DNA of 64,000 bases from Psammoneis japonica (lineage: Eukaryota). The stretch spans positions 124,001 to 188,000 of the forward strand of contig QPGO01000025.1 of NCBI GenBank assembly GCA_008632985.1, in the 5' to 3' direction. Positions 24,902 through 36,561 of this stretch are shown one piece after another. Both the position numbers and the translations under genes were made by a program. Below the pieces are notes generated by a model. It was not told where the DNA came from, made no database searches, and saw only the letters and a list, made by a program, of their open reading frames with translations. Within the stretch, counting starts at the first letter, position 1. Each line of letters starts with the position of its first letter.

Positions 24902-25971
24902 CTACGTAATGGTGTGACGACGGTGTCGGCGATACGGTTGATCCTTGGTCGGAGCAAATCCAGCCTCGGGATCATTCACATCAGGCATGTCATCATCGTC
25001 TAGCTTGGTGCGTTTGACAAAGCGTCCCTTGACACGCAAGCGTCGGTCTGCCAAGTTCTTGCGGCAGGAATACCGAATCTTTTTGTTCCACACTCGACGC
25101 GATCTCTTGCCGTTGAACCGTGCAATAATAGCAGCGCGCTCTGCCGGAGTGTAAATTCCAATGCGGCCGTTCTTATTGTAAACCTGAGGGATAAGAAAAG
25201 AATCTATGAGTTTGACTGCTTCACCAAGTCATATCAATCTAGAACCCAGAGACAACATTCGCCTACCTCCTTGTACTTTGATAGCGAATGGGGCAACGTC
25301 AGGACCCCCTTTTCTCCACTGAGACTCCCTTCGCTGAGGTCCTCCAACAAACGAGACCGTGCTCGTTTCAGCAATTCCTCAGGCTCAAGATCAGATTCAT
25401 CAGACGATGGTGGGTCAGCTTCTCCCTTACAAGCCATGTCGTTGATGGGGCTCACTACAGAGTTGGGACTCGTGCCAAATGGTTCGCTAGATGGAAAGTA
25501 CTCATCTTCCTCTTCTTCCAATTTCGCAGCCTCTGCAGCAGCACTCGCTTCTGCCAGCTCTTCCTCTAGAATGCACGACGGCAAAACAAAATGGCTTCGT
25601 TCACTGTACCGACGTGTGGAATCCCACTTCTCCATACCTTCCGGGTTCGAAGCACTTCGCATACGCCGCGGTCTAGGCGGAGGCGGGGGCATGGCTTCCG
25701 AGTCATCGTCAGACGATACAGGCCGAACAGAAGTTGTTCCAGTGACCTCCTTGGTGGCAAGAGCCACGAGAGCATCAAGGCCTCCTCCTCTTTTGGTAGA
25801 AGAAGTGGAAGTGCTACCAACGACAGACGCTCCGAGGCTCAACGTTGGCATTATTGATGCCCCTTCGGGAACACCTGATGACGAAAGAACAGGCGAAACT
25901 TCCAATAGGGTGCGAGCTGCATCCATACGATCCATGCATGGTTCCACCGACATTAACGAGTCTGTTGCCAT
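24902..25971 (-). CDS. CCT-domain protein (2 exons: 25971-25267, 25183-24902)
   Basis: GT-AG intron 25184-25266 joins KYKE to VYNKNGRIGIYTPAERAAIIARFNGKRSRRVWNKKIRYSCRKNLADRRLRVKGRFVK (CCT motif). Confidence 0.93.
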
Positions 25972-28900
25972 GGTCTGGCTTTAATAAATAAAGAAGAATC
26001 ACAGCGAAGAACAGTCAGAACACAATCGTGCGGTTGTGATTTGTTATGACGAGCAAAATAAAGCTTCCGTCCAATCAACAAGAGCAATGCGTCAAGCGAA
26101 TCAAAACCGTTTCTCGTTTTTGACTTTCATGACATCATCCTCTGACATGCCTCAGTATTTATGGTGTAGGATCAATACTGACGTCTACTGGAGCAAAATT
26201 GGCGCGATCTCCCGCCAAAACAATGTGAATCTTGAAAACACGCGCACCCGAATTGAGAACATCATGACAGCATAACGCGACAGATAGAAAACTAGTAATT
26301 CCTACGTGGAGCTCTCGTACAAAGATCCTTCAAGGTTGTCAGAATTCTCCAATGGGCAATGAGCACAAGAAAACACGTACGAAAACCAAAACGTGTTGAC
26401 GTACGAGTGAGAATTCCGATCAAAACGGAATCTCGCGTGCATAGGAGATGAGAAACTGACCAATCACAAGTCGTTATTCTCTTTCTGCGCCAAATTCAAA
26501 ACAGGATTCCGTCGAGGTGCCGAGTTCGAAAGGCGAAGTCGATTGGCGACCATGGGCGAAATGGCAAACGCTCATTGAAGAGCAACAATTCCAAAAGCTA
26601 GTTGCATCCTCACATTATGATATGAAGCAGTTTGAACGAATAAAGTCAAAGGAACAATCTGCTGGGTTGGAATAGCTATGGAACGAACAACATACAACAC
26701 GCCGACCATTGTGATGTTTTTCCCTAATTGAACGTAAAGACAACGATGCGAGATAACTCTTGAAACGATTCGTACCTCACCTGACAATAAGAGAAGGCTT
26801 GAACGAATAAAGCGAAAGGGATCAATTTTTTGGCTTGGATTGAATCATCGACAACAACACGCCGATATGATCGTCGTGATGTTTTTTTTTGCGGGGTGAG
26901 AAACTTTGTGCGGTTCTGTGCGTGCCGTTCGCATCTCGCATTCGCGTGTGAAGGATTATATAATCCATTATCCGTCACGAATATCCGGCATATTGAACTC
27001 ACGGTGACGTGGTACAAATTGTACAGCATGTACTGTATTGTATTGTACGTTCAAGCACAACGTGCTAAACCCTGCTGCACCCAGAAAAAGGGCGCGGTTC
27101 AACGTTCAAGTCCGAGGAATCGACGCGTGTTCGGTTTGTTGCACAGCTTCTCTTTGTGATCGGTGTTTCTTCATGATCAAACAGTCCCAGTGTCAGCCCC
27201 CCCTTGAACTTGTTGAACTCAAGCACTGCTGACACAAGAACAGAGGATGATGACAGATTGCACAAAATTGTGGCCGTCAGCCCAGGCATCGTGCCTCTGT
27301 GTGGCACAGGCAAGAATGACAGGAGCTCTGCAGCATGCCAGCAGGAAGCTCCATCAAAACCCAGCAAGAGAGATTGCTTTCCAAACAAGTGTCCTCAGCA
27401 CACATGGCTGTGACTGTGACCCACTCTGCAGCTGTCTCCTCCAACAAGTGGGACAAAATTGTGGCATCGCAGTTGCTCTGAAATGGTGTGCCGTGTTTTG
27501 CAGACGTTGGCTTTGCCCGCAGCATGTTTCAACACAACACAACACAACACAAGCATTTTGTTGTACAGCTCTTTCATGCACACTGGGCACCCATGCAGCA
27601 AAATGGCACCTGATTGTGTGCAACAAGAACTGGAGCAGGGCTCACAGTCACTTCCCAGACATCAAGGAGCGAGGCTCTCATCTCTCAAAAACTCAAAAAA
27701 ACACAGTGACATCTCATCTGGCACACCCACAGGAGAGCCACAAGAAAGAGGACAAGTGGTGTGGTTGATGTGACACTCACTTTCAACAAGCCAACACGTT
27801 GATGAAAGCCACAAACTTCTGCTCTCTGCCATGTCTTTGGGCTTTTGCCTCTTGGCAATGACGGCAATGACCAGCAGCTTCGGGGGGGCTGTGCTGCGCT
27901 GCTCTCAGTTGAGCACAGAAGCTCTTCTTGCATGAAACAATGGGGGAAGAGATGTGTCTTTTTGGCAACATTGACAGCACTTGGCATGACATCATCAGGA
28001 GCTCCAACCAATTCACCAGCCATCATTGTGAGTTGTGAATGCTGAAAATGTTGAACAAAAAGAGCCACTCTTTGCTGCAAGTCAAAATGCATCACACCAC
28101 TGGAACAGCCCTGCTCATCACCAGCCACTTGTTTTGCAGGGATCTGCAGTTGAGACAGCACATGCCAGCATCATGTGGCAGTGTTGCATGGGAAAAATGG
28201 ATGGGTGTGTGCACTTTCATGGAAAGGGCAAAACAGCCAGTTGGTCAAGAGAAGAAACAACAGATTGACTGCAACAGCATGTGTGTGCCACTCACTGGCG
28301 GCAATGACAACAGATCAGTGCAGCTGGTGGTCACCCTGGCTGACTCTCCAGCAGCCTGAAAAATGCCAGAATCTGGGCTTGTTCCTTGGCACAGAGCAAA
28401 GATCACATGGGTGACTTTCTGCCCACTTCAATCTTTGTTCTGGGGCGGACTGTGCTGCATCCTTGAGAAGAAGGCTCTTGGCAAGCAACGAACAGCTTGT
28501 GAGACTGGGGTGTGACAGCCCATCATGGGGCTGCTTTTTTAAAACAACCAGCTTGACAGCACACACAAGAATTTTCAAACTGCAGTGGGTGGGTTGAAGA
28601 AGAAATTGTGCAATTTGTCACTTGATCTCAGATCTCTTGTGACAAATGAGCTGGGTGTGGCAAAAATCAGCAGAAGATTTCTCATCAATCTGCTGCATTT
28701 CTTCACATGACCCTTCTCTGCATGCTCTGCATGATTCCTCACAACCAACTTTGCAAGAGCAGGTCAATGGGAGAGCTTGCTTGTGGGGGCAAGAGTTGTT
28801 GAACTTTTTGCAAAAGTCATGCTGTTTGCCACACATGGTGCACATGAGACACTCAGCATGGCAAAAAGTGTGGCTCACATGAGGCGTGGTCAGCAGCTCC

Positions 28901-29379
28901 ATGTTCAAGCAAGAAACAAGGGCTGGTGCACATGATGGATTTTTGTCTCTCCAACAAAGTTGGCACCTGGAATGAGTGCGCAGGTCATGCAGCAAGGCAA
29001 CCTCCACAAGAAAAGAGTGCACGTGTTTTTGTGTGTGCTGGGGGGCACAACTCTGTGGAGGAGAAGAGAGAGTGGCACTGGGGGCACCTCTCCTCTCCTC
29101 TCCACCAGCCTCTCTCCAGCTCAGAGCTTTGTCAAGAGAAGTGCGCACACCCACAAGTGAGGGGTGATGGCATTGTGTTGTGCTGGCAATGGTGTGTTCT
29201 TGCCATGCCCTTTCTTGTTGCTCAGAGTGGGGTGTGAGAAGCCATGCCAGATTTTGGTTGGGTTGCAAGGGGGAGGGCTCTGCTGTGTGTCACAAATGAC
29301 AAAAGTCACTTTGTGCTTTTGCAAGCTGACAATTTCTAAAAAAGCAAGCATGTGCTCAATTTGTCATGCCTTTTTGGAA

Positions 29380-29545
29380 CATTGGGGTGCACGGCAGTTT
29401 TTGCAAGATGGGCAGACAATGTCGCAGTGAAGGACACACTGACAATTGTTTGCAATGTGGCAAATTTGCACTCACAACAACTCTTCTTGAGCTGCATGTC
29501 TTGTGCTTGCTTTTGCAGCTTCTGCACCTGGCTGACACAGTGACA
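29380..29545 (+). repeat. Diverged direct repeat with 37903-38070 (paralogous decayed ORF segments)
   Basis: The blocks ttggggtgc, gcagtgaagga, tggcaaattt, acaactctt, ttgagctgc, tcttgtgct, tgcacctgg and tgacacag are shared in order. Confidence 0.8.
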
Positions 29546-30440
29546 GCAGCAACAGCAATGGAAAAGTGTTTGCAAACCATGCAGTGAGCTCAGGATCAGT
29601 GAGACATGTGTGCCGATGTCAGGTGGATGAAAGCAAAGAAGCAGTCTCTAGAGTCTGGAGGAACTTGCTGCGCAAGGAAGCTGCAAAGGGCATGCTGAAA
29701 AAGAGCATGGCAAGGTTGTGTTGGGCTGGGATGACATGGGCAAGGACGCAACTGAGAGTGGTGTGGAAGCACAAAAGATTTGAGGAGGAGTGGTGCCATG
29801 CATGATGCCATTTTGGAGTCAAGCAGACAGGCAGACTGTTGCATGGAGATTGCAAGAAAAACAAGTGAGCACGTTGGCAGAATGTTTGGGCCAGGAGAGA
29901 TGCAGGGCATTGGTGTCATCTCTGAGGCAGGAGAACAAACCAATGGAGCTGGAGTGTCCATCAGACAATGCCGCATCAGAGAAAGATGGGGCAGCAATCT
30001 GAGGGGAGGCAATCCAATCACCATCTGAAACAGAACAAGATCTGCAAGATGCAGAAGGCAAAGGCATTTAATGCAATTGTGGGACAATGCACAAACAATG
30101 CAATCCATCACAAGGTTGAAGAAGTCGCAAAGTTTGAGAGGGTCGCAAAGGAGCCGGGCATGCATCTGGGACACCAACAATCCAGGTGTCACACCAGCCG
30201 TCAAGATTTCTTGAAACAAAACCCGACATTCTCTCCCTTTAATCCAAGATCGTGCTGATTTGTCAAGTCAGCTTTTCTGAAATGTTCAACAACAAACATC
30301 TGTGTTCCTCAATTTGGCTGTTTGCCCCCCCATCCGACAAGCCTTGTGTGCACATTCAACTCCATTTTAATTTCTGGATTGTGTGTCATTCAACTTTCTG
30401 GATCAAAATCGCCGCCCATGTCAGTCAATGTAGACTCTAA

Positions 30441-31862
30441 TTGTCTTCTCAATTTTCTCTCCCTGCCCATTCCATCCTTCCTTCCCGTCCATCCACGATG
30501 CCTTCCACATCGATCGCACGTTGCTTCTCTGTGTTTCTGCCCTCACTGTGTCCCCAAGTGATTGTTGCTGCACCCGCTGTTTCCTTTCGATTCTCTTCTC
30601 AACTCCTTCATCCATGTACATCGGCCATGTCGTCTGATGGTCTTGTTTGTCCATGGTGCAAACGAACTGGTTTCTTTTCTGAGCGTGGTCTCAGCAGGCA
30701 CATCGCAACTAACTGCCTCCGTTCCGCCGTTTCCACCAAGTCTTTTGGTTGTCCTGGTTGTGGACAACATGGATTTGACTCCGAAAACAACGTGCAGCAT
30801 CACCCATCTCAGCACTGCACCGCAGCATCTGGTCTCCATCCCCCATTGACACAGTTGCGCCATGCAGCCCAACTGTCTTCTTCATCCAGCAGAACATCTC
30901 TTTCCTCTCATCCTCTGGATTCCGCCTCCATTGGCTCCCTTGGATCCAACACCAACAAACCCAAATGCTCCCATTGCCGTGTCCCCTTTTCCAACATCGC
31001 CCTTCATCTGCAGAAGTGCTCGCCCTGCCATGAAAAGGAGGAAATGTCCCTTTGCCCACATGCTGCATCTTCCACTGCCGCCAATGCACTTCCCCCTCCA
31101 GACGATGAATCACTGGACGACCATGATGAATCACCGGACAACCATGATGATCCTGCTGGGTTTGGTTTCTCCAACGATGAACCCCCTCCTCCCCTCCCCG
31201 AAGTCCTTTGGAATCCAGCTCCATCTCCTCCCACACCAATGGACAATTCTTCTCCAGCTTGTCCTCCCTCTGCCGGAAATGGACTGTGCCCACCCTCCGT
31301 CAGACGCTCTGGTCGATTGCGTTCAGCCGCCGACGTTGCTGCTGCCAGCGCAGCCTCCCAAAACACCTGCCGATTTGTTTTGTTTGCAGATGATGGTGTG
31401 TCCACCCTTGGAGAGGACAGTCCTGTGGATGTTTCTGAGTTCATTGGAGCCGACCATCATGATGGCAGTTGTGGGCCCCCCTCAATTTCCCATCCGACAG
31501 AAGAGCCTGTTTCCTCCCTTGATCAACACAACCCTCTTGGCCCGCCACGTGACATCGCACCCGATGAGGATTTCGATGTGCCTCCAGTCCACTCACCCAG
31601 CATTGCACCCATGGCATGTTTGCCACATTTGTGTCGTCGGTCAGGTGTTGCAATTGACTTTGTTGACAAAGCAATGAGAATTTTGCATGAAGAGCATGCA
31701 GAAAAAAGACTGGATTTGTCAAAGCCACCCGTCACGACCACGACCGTGGCAATGAAGCAACTCCTGGGGCCATTTCCCAATGTTCCTCTCCCCCGCACTG
31801 CTGCTGTGATGCTGGAATGCAACAATCCAACACAGCAACAGAAGGATGGACCCGAGCATTGA
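30441..31862 (+). mobile_element. Truncated transposase-like ORF with three N-terminal C2H2/C2HC-like zinc fingers (possibly Plavaka/CMC-type)
   Basis: CPWC..RHIATNC, CPGC..HHPSQHC and CSHC..HLQKCSPC, then a low-complexity linker and a helical region. No Tyr in 473 aa. No catalytic DDE region is visible, so the family assignment is tentative. Confidence 0.45.
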
Positions 31863-32436
31863 TGATTTTTGTGCGTGCCTCTTGTTTCTTTTGTTGAGCC
31901 AGCTCTGGGAGGGCTGCCTCCTTCAAAGCCAATCGAACGTAGCTTGGGTGCACCGGCCATTTTGCAAATTCACCGAGGTGGTTTGGGTTGTGCACATTGC
32001 TCTTCCCACTGCTCTTGAACGCAAAGATTTTTGCATCAAACATCATCAGCACAATGCCACGGATCAAGTGATCTGTCAAACCCCTTTTTTTGAGTGACGA
32101 ATGAACATGACCGCATTTGTTTGCCCAACGTGTGAGAGAACAATGTGGCCTCAATTTGGTGTCAAGGCTGTTTTCTGTGCCAAACGGGGCCAGATGCACC
32201 GGTGGGGGACAACGGCCAGATGGATTGTTGGTCTGAGCTGCAGGTTGAGTCGGGTGGAATGTCATTGGGAAAGAAGTGCGATGAATCGGACGAAAAAGAG
32301 ATTCGTCGGTTCCATTTCGGCAACATGGCACAACAGGTGAGGGATTGGGCAGCAATCTTCGGGGTGGGATCATTTTGAGGTTGTTGTTTTGCAAAGAGGG
32401 AATGACAAGGCTGCAGAGGAAAAGAGGCAGAGTCAC
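31732..32436 (-). pseudogene. Decayed paralog of ORF 442-1002
   Basis: Protein-level similarity over ~95 aa with ORF 442-1002. Confidence 0.55.
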
Positions 32437-32559
32437 CCAAACGTCATCTGTTCACTGCTCAACATGAGTTGATCAGCGACTTGGACAAGATTCGGGAGAA
32501 TGTGGTTTGTTGCGGGAGATGCACTTTATGCCACAACAATGCACAGGCCAGTGTTGAGT

Positions 32560-32770
32560 GCACAAATAAAAAAGTGACACCAAAGGCATGTGTCAACAGA
32601 CACATGCATTGACAAAAAACTGACATCAAATTCTTCTGTCAACAAACGTGCACAACAACAGAAAAGTGATGCCAAATCACTTTGTTGACACACAGTTGCA
32701 ATGACAAAAAAGTGACACCAAATTGCTCTGTCAACAGATGTGGGCATTGCCAAAAAAGTGATGCCCATCA
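32560..32770 (+). repeat. ~46 bp degenerate tandem repeat (4-5 units, aaaaaagtgacaccaaa...tgtcaacaga)
   Basis: Recurring aaaaagtgaYRcc and tgtcaaca cores. Confidence 0.7.
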
Positions 32771-32994
32771 TTTGCAATTGTTCATTGTGTGCATTCTTCC
32801 AAAAGAGTTTGTTTGTGGTGCGGAGTGAACGGTGGATGGCAGCTGTTCCTTTGTGTCTGCCGCGGCGGCGATGTGAAAACATCTGACAACAGCACCAACA
32901 GGACAGTGTGTGACAAAATTGTTTTCTGCACTTTTGAGACAGCTGGGATGACCCATTTGATGAGATCATGCAGCAAACAGGATCGACGAAGATC

Positions 32995-33135
32995 ACATCA
33001 CACGGGACTGTTTACGAAAAAAACATCTGTGGTGCACCCGACAGACAGACCACCGTTGGCAACACATCACACGGGGCTGTTTGCGAAAAAAACGTCTGTG
33101 GTGCACACAACAGACAGACTGCCGTTGGCAACACA
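32995..33135 (+). repeat. Two-unit ~68 bp tandem repeat
   Basis: acatcacacggg.ctgttt.cgaaaaaaac.tctgtggtgcac...acagacagac..ccgttggcaac occurs twice. Confidence 0.9.
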
Positions 33136-33171
33136 TGTTTAGCGAGAAAGCCGTTTTCTCATTGCACAGCA

Positions 33172-34035
33172 ATGGATGCGGACTTTTGCTGGATTGGGTC
33201 TGTTCCACTTAAAAAAAAAGACTGGGCGCCATTTGATTTGGTGGAACAGGCATTTTCAGAGAATGGCGCAGAAGTGTTCTGTGAACAGATGCCAGAAATT
33301 TGCCCGTTGGCTGACAACGTTGTGTCAGAAACATGGCAAGTTGCTGACACAACCTGGCAAAATGAAATCTCATGTCGTCAAGAGCAAGACAGCCAGGTCC
33401 AAAAAGAAAGAGTGCACCAGGAAGGAAAAAAAGGCCACTTGCAAAAATTCAAAACACCACTGCCCCTGCTCAACCAGATGACAATGCTGGCAAACAAGGC
33501 ACCAAGTGGCAAGTGAGAGAAGGAAGGACACCGTTTTGTCAGTGAGTTTGCCATTGACAAAAAGGACAAGGTGGAAGGCATTGGGTTGGCAGAAAAAATG
33601 TTGGAGTTAATTCCTGGCTTTCCCCTGGCAGGTGATTCACGCAGAAAGACACCCCGGCACACAGCAGCAAATGCTCCTGCTTCAAGTTCAAGATCAAACT
33701 TCTGGTCAAAGGGGGAAATTCATCGCAACCACATGGAAACAAAATTGTCACCTGGTGACAAAATTTTCACCATGTTTCTGTTCCTCGACAACACAACGGA
33801 GCACAATGGCACAGTTGAGATGTGGCCGGACAGTTGTGAGGTGACATTGAATGAGAAGGAATGCGAAAGACACTTGGTCAGGTTGGGTTTGGAAAAACAA
33901 TTGCTGGTTGGAGAAGCAGGCACTGCATTTGTTTTTGATGCAAGAATGTTGCACTGAGCTTTGCCTGACAAAACGAATTCGGATCGAAGGAACATGGCAT
34001 GTCCAGTCCACAATTTCGACACAGCAAGCATGTGA
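33172..34035 (+). pseudogene. PhyH-like 2-oxoglutarate/Fe(II) dioxygenase pseudogene
   Basis: One frame with in-frame TGA at 33514 and 33955 (plausibly from CGA). Motifs GEIHRNH, FTMFLFLDNTTEHNGTVEMWPDS and GEAGTAFVFDARMLH*ALPDKTNSDRR match the PhyH double-stranded beta-helix pattern. Confidence 0.7.
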
Positions 34036-34217
34036 ACATGGCAAGCGTGTGAACAAGCAGTTGTTGGAATGCGAAACTGGCGAAGCAGCAAGTTGGCAGA
34101 GGCAAAAAGCAGGTTTGTGTAAAGGGCCAGTTAACAATGCATTGCTTGCATGGAAGAAAGTTACATTGTGAACAAAGGGGAATTGCAAAGTCACCCACTT
34201 TTGGCAGGCTTGAATTT

Positions 34218-34949
34218 TCATTTGATGTCAGACCCCAGGTCGTTCCCAGTGGGGTGCCTTGGCTCCACGGCATTGTCTCTTTTCTTGGTGTGCTTGTGAA
34301 GCAGGTGCCTGTCGACACCACCTCCCCATGACAGATCGTCTGGACAGGCAGGAACAAAGAATGCTTCGTGCCTCCATTTGTGGGTGTGCACACAAAACAT
34401 CATGTCCAGTGAAATGATGACAGTGCCTTCAGGACACTCGTTGGACAGTGTCTCCTCGAGTTGGTTCTGTGTCGCATTGTTGTCAAAAAGCATTCGCCCA
34501 TTGCAGTCATTGAAGAAAATCTTTAAGTTGTTCAGACGGCACAACCGACGCACAGCATCATCTTCAGAGAGGAAGTCCTGATTGATCAGGGCAGGACAGC
34601 GACTGGCATGGTTGTGCCAGATGGCACCACACCACTGAGAGCCCAAATCATGACGGGGGTGGTGGAACTCGATGCTGCAGGCATTGCAGGCAGGAACAAG
34701 CAAATGACAGGCAATCGAAAAACCGCCAACACCACCACCAACATCAAGGAAATTAAAGGGGCTTTGAATTTGGGCCGCAAGGAGAGTGGGGCTACAAACA
34801 ACCTCGGCGAAGAAGGCAAAGCTTGCCGCACCACCGTGTGATTCCACACCACCACCAGCAAAACGACCAACTTGATCATCAACTGGCGGCATGTGATTGC
34901 AATGGAGGGAACACACGTTCCCATGATGGGAACGACTCACAACAACCAC
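34218..34949 (-). pseudogene. DOT1-like class I SAM-dependent methyltransferase, decayed
   Basis: FLDVGGGVG (motif I), SIEF..PR, QDFLSED, KIFFND and PEGTVIISL parallel the DOT1 motifs DLGSGVG, GVE, GDFLSEE, VIFVNN and KEGGRIVSS. Tyr-free and Cys/His-rich. Confidence 0.6.
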
Positions 34950-35631
34950 ACCTCAGTGAAAATAAAACCCTTCAGTGGCCATTGAAAGTGGATTGGATAA
35001 TTTGGGCAACAGAGAGAGCAATTGGAGAGATGTGGCATCGGGGAAGTAGAGAGAATGACCCATCAAGACAGGGACAAATTAACATGAGACAGTGAGCGAC
35101 ATGGATTTGTGCAAACAAGTGGGAGGTTTGACACGACTTGACAAACCAAATGAAACAGATGTTGCGTCAGGAAGCAGGCGCAATGCACACATTGACACAA
35201 GGAGATGCAATGTGTTGTTTGACATTGATTTGAATGACATTGCAATCTTCATTGGTGCATTGGATTGGCTGACAAAGGTGCACAATTCAAAACAGTGGAA
35301 CGTTGATAGAAACTCAAACATGGGGTTGGGAGTGAGCACTCAAAAATGACACAAAGACCTGTTTGAATCGAGAGAGGACACGCGAGCAACGACAAAACTG
35401 AGAAAATCACATGCAAAGTGCATTCATTTTGCAACTTGCCTTTCACAAAGCAACAGGAAAGGACGGAAGTTCCAAACAAGAGGAAGCCATTGGGAAGGTG
35501 AAAAAGATGGAGGATGCAGTTCTCACAGGAGTGACGGAGGGAGGAAGTGCAGCTTCCAGTGGCAAGCGAGGTTGAGAAAGGACATGACAAAGAGTTGCTG
35601 ATGAACTGACAGAATTCTTGGATTTGTCTGT

Positions 35632-36561
35632 GTGGTGTCACATGAAGTCACCATGAGTCCTGTGGTGGCGGCCTTGTTGCATGCACAAAGAAATGAGCAT
35701 GGGGAATTGAACAGATTCCAGTGTGCAGGTGGGGATTCAAGTTTGGTGGTGACTCCCACAGAGGGATGTCTTGTGTTGGATCGTGCGCCGGCGGTGGGCG
35801 AGAAATTGACAGCATTGACATTGACAAAGGTCATCAATGAGAGTGTTTGGCCATGTTGCAAGTTCACAATCTTCGATCATGAACTCGCCGCAGGAGGAGA
35901 TTACATGAAATTGGTTCTGCAGGAGTTGAGAAGCATGGCGTCTTCACCGGAGGCATTCTGGGAAGAATGCAAAGAGGTGTTCAGGACCAAACTCAACCGA
36001 AAGAGGAACAATGTGCAGGACAACATCAGGAGGAGAATGACAGGCAAGCAGATGTGTGCGTGCCATTGATTGTGTTGGAGGCGATTGTCCAACAGGGTGA
36101 GTGTCGCTTCCTTTGCTTTCATCTGTGCAGTTGCTGCTTTAGAGGGATCGCTGGTGGATTGCAAAGATTTGACAAAGGGAAGAAATGACAAGGACACATG
36201 CACGTGGTTCTTGGAAACTGTGGTGCCGACGGTGGTGGGACAAGCGCAGTTTGGCAGAAGCACAACCGACATGCTTCAGGAGTGGCTTTCCGTTTCATCG
36301 GAGGCGCTTGCTCTGCTGGTGCACTTGAGCTGCTGCAACAAGGTGAAGGACATGGCAGAGAAATTGGAAAAGGAAGAAAATGTTGCAAGGAGAAGAAAGC
36401 CAACTGTGAAAGACGCTGCTCCTGCAAAGTGCACAGCACAGGCAGCGGGGGAATCGGCAAAGAGGAACCAAGGATGGAGCAAAGAGGGGGTCAAGAAGCA
36501 CAATGATCTGCATCAGTGGGTGGTGAAAGACAGAGAGAACAACCAGGGATTCTGTGCATGA
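35632..36561 (+). pseudogene. Decayed TE accessory protein (EALALL...GWS.EG...N.L...V..DR type)
   Basis: VWPCCKF...FWEECKEVFRTKLNRKRNNV and SVSSEALALLVHLSCC...AKCT...QGWSKEGVKKHNDLHQWVVKDR. Resembles uncharacterised proteins I recall from diatom repeats, with Cys/His at likely Tyr positions. Confidence 0.5.

Noticed and set aside
26574..26830. Weak local duplication around ttgaacgaataaag as an ncRNA
   Set aside because: Only a short shared core, with no recognisable RNA family or structure.
17825..30400. Many 60-220 aa Cys/His-rich ORFs as genes or as evidence of an alternative genetic code
   Set aside because: They are explained by loss of TAA/TAG in mutated DNA. Neighbouring genes use Tyr and standard stops.
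18869..32945. 16 bp inverted match cagctgtctcaaaagt as a TIR pair
   Set aside because: One such match is roughly expected by chance in 64 kb of biased sequence, and a normal gene island lies between the two sites.
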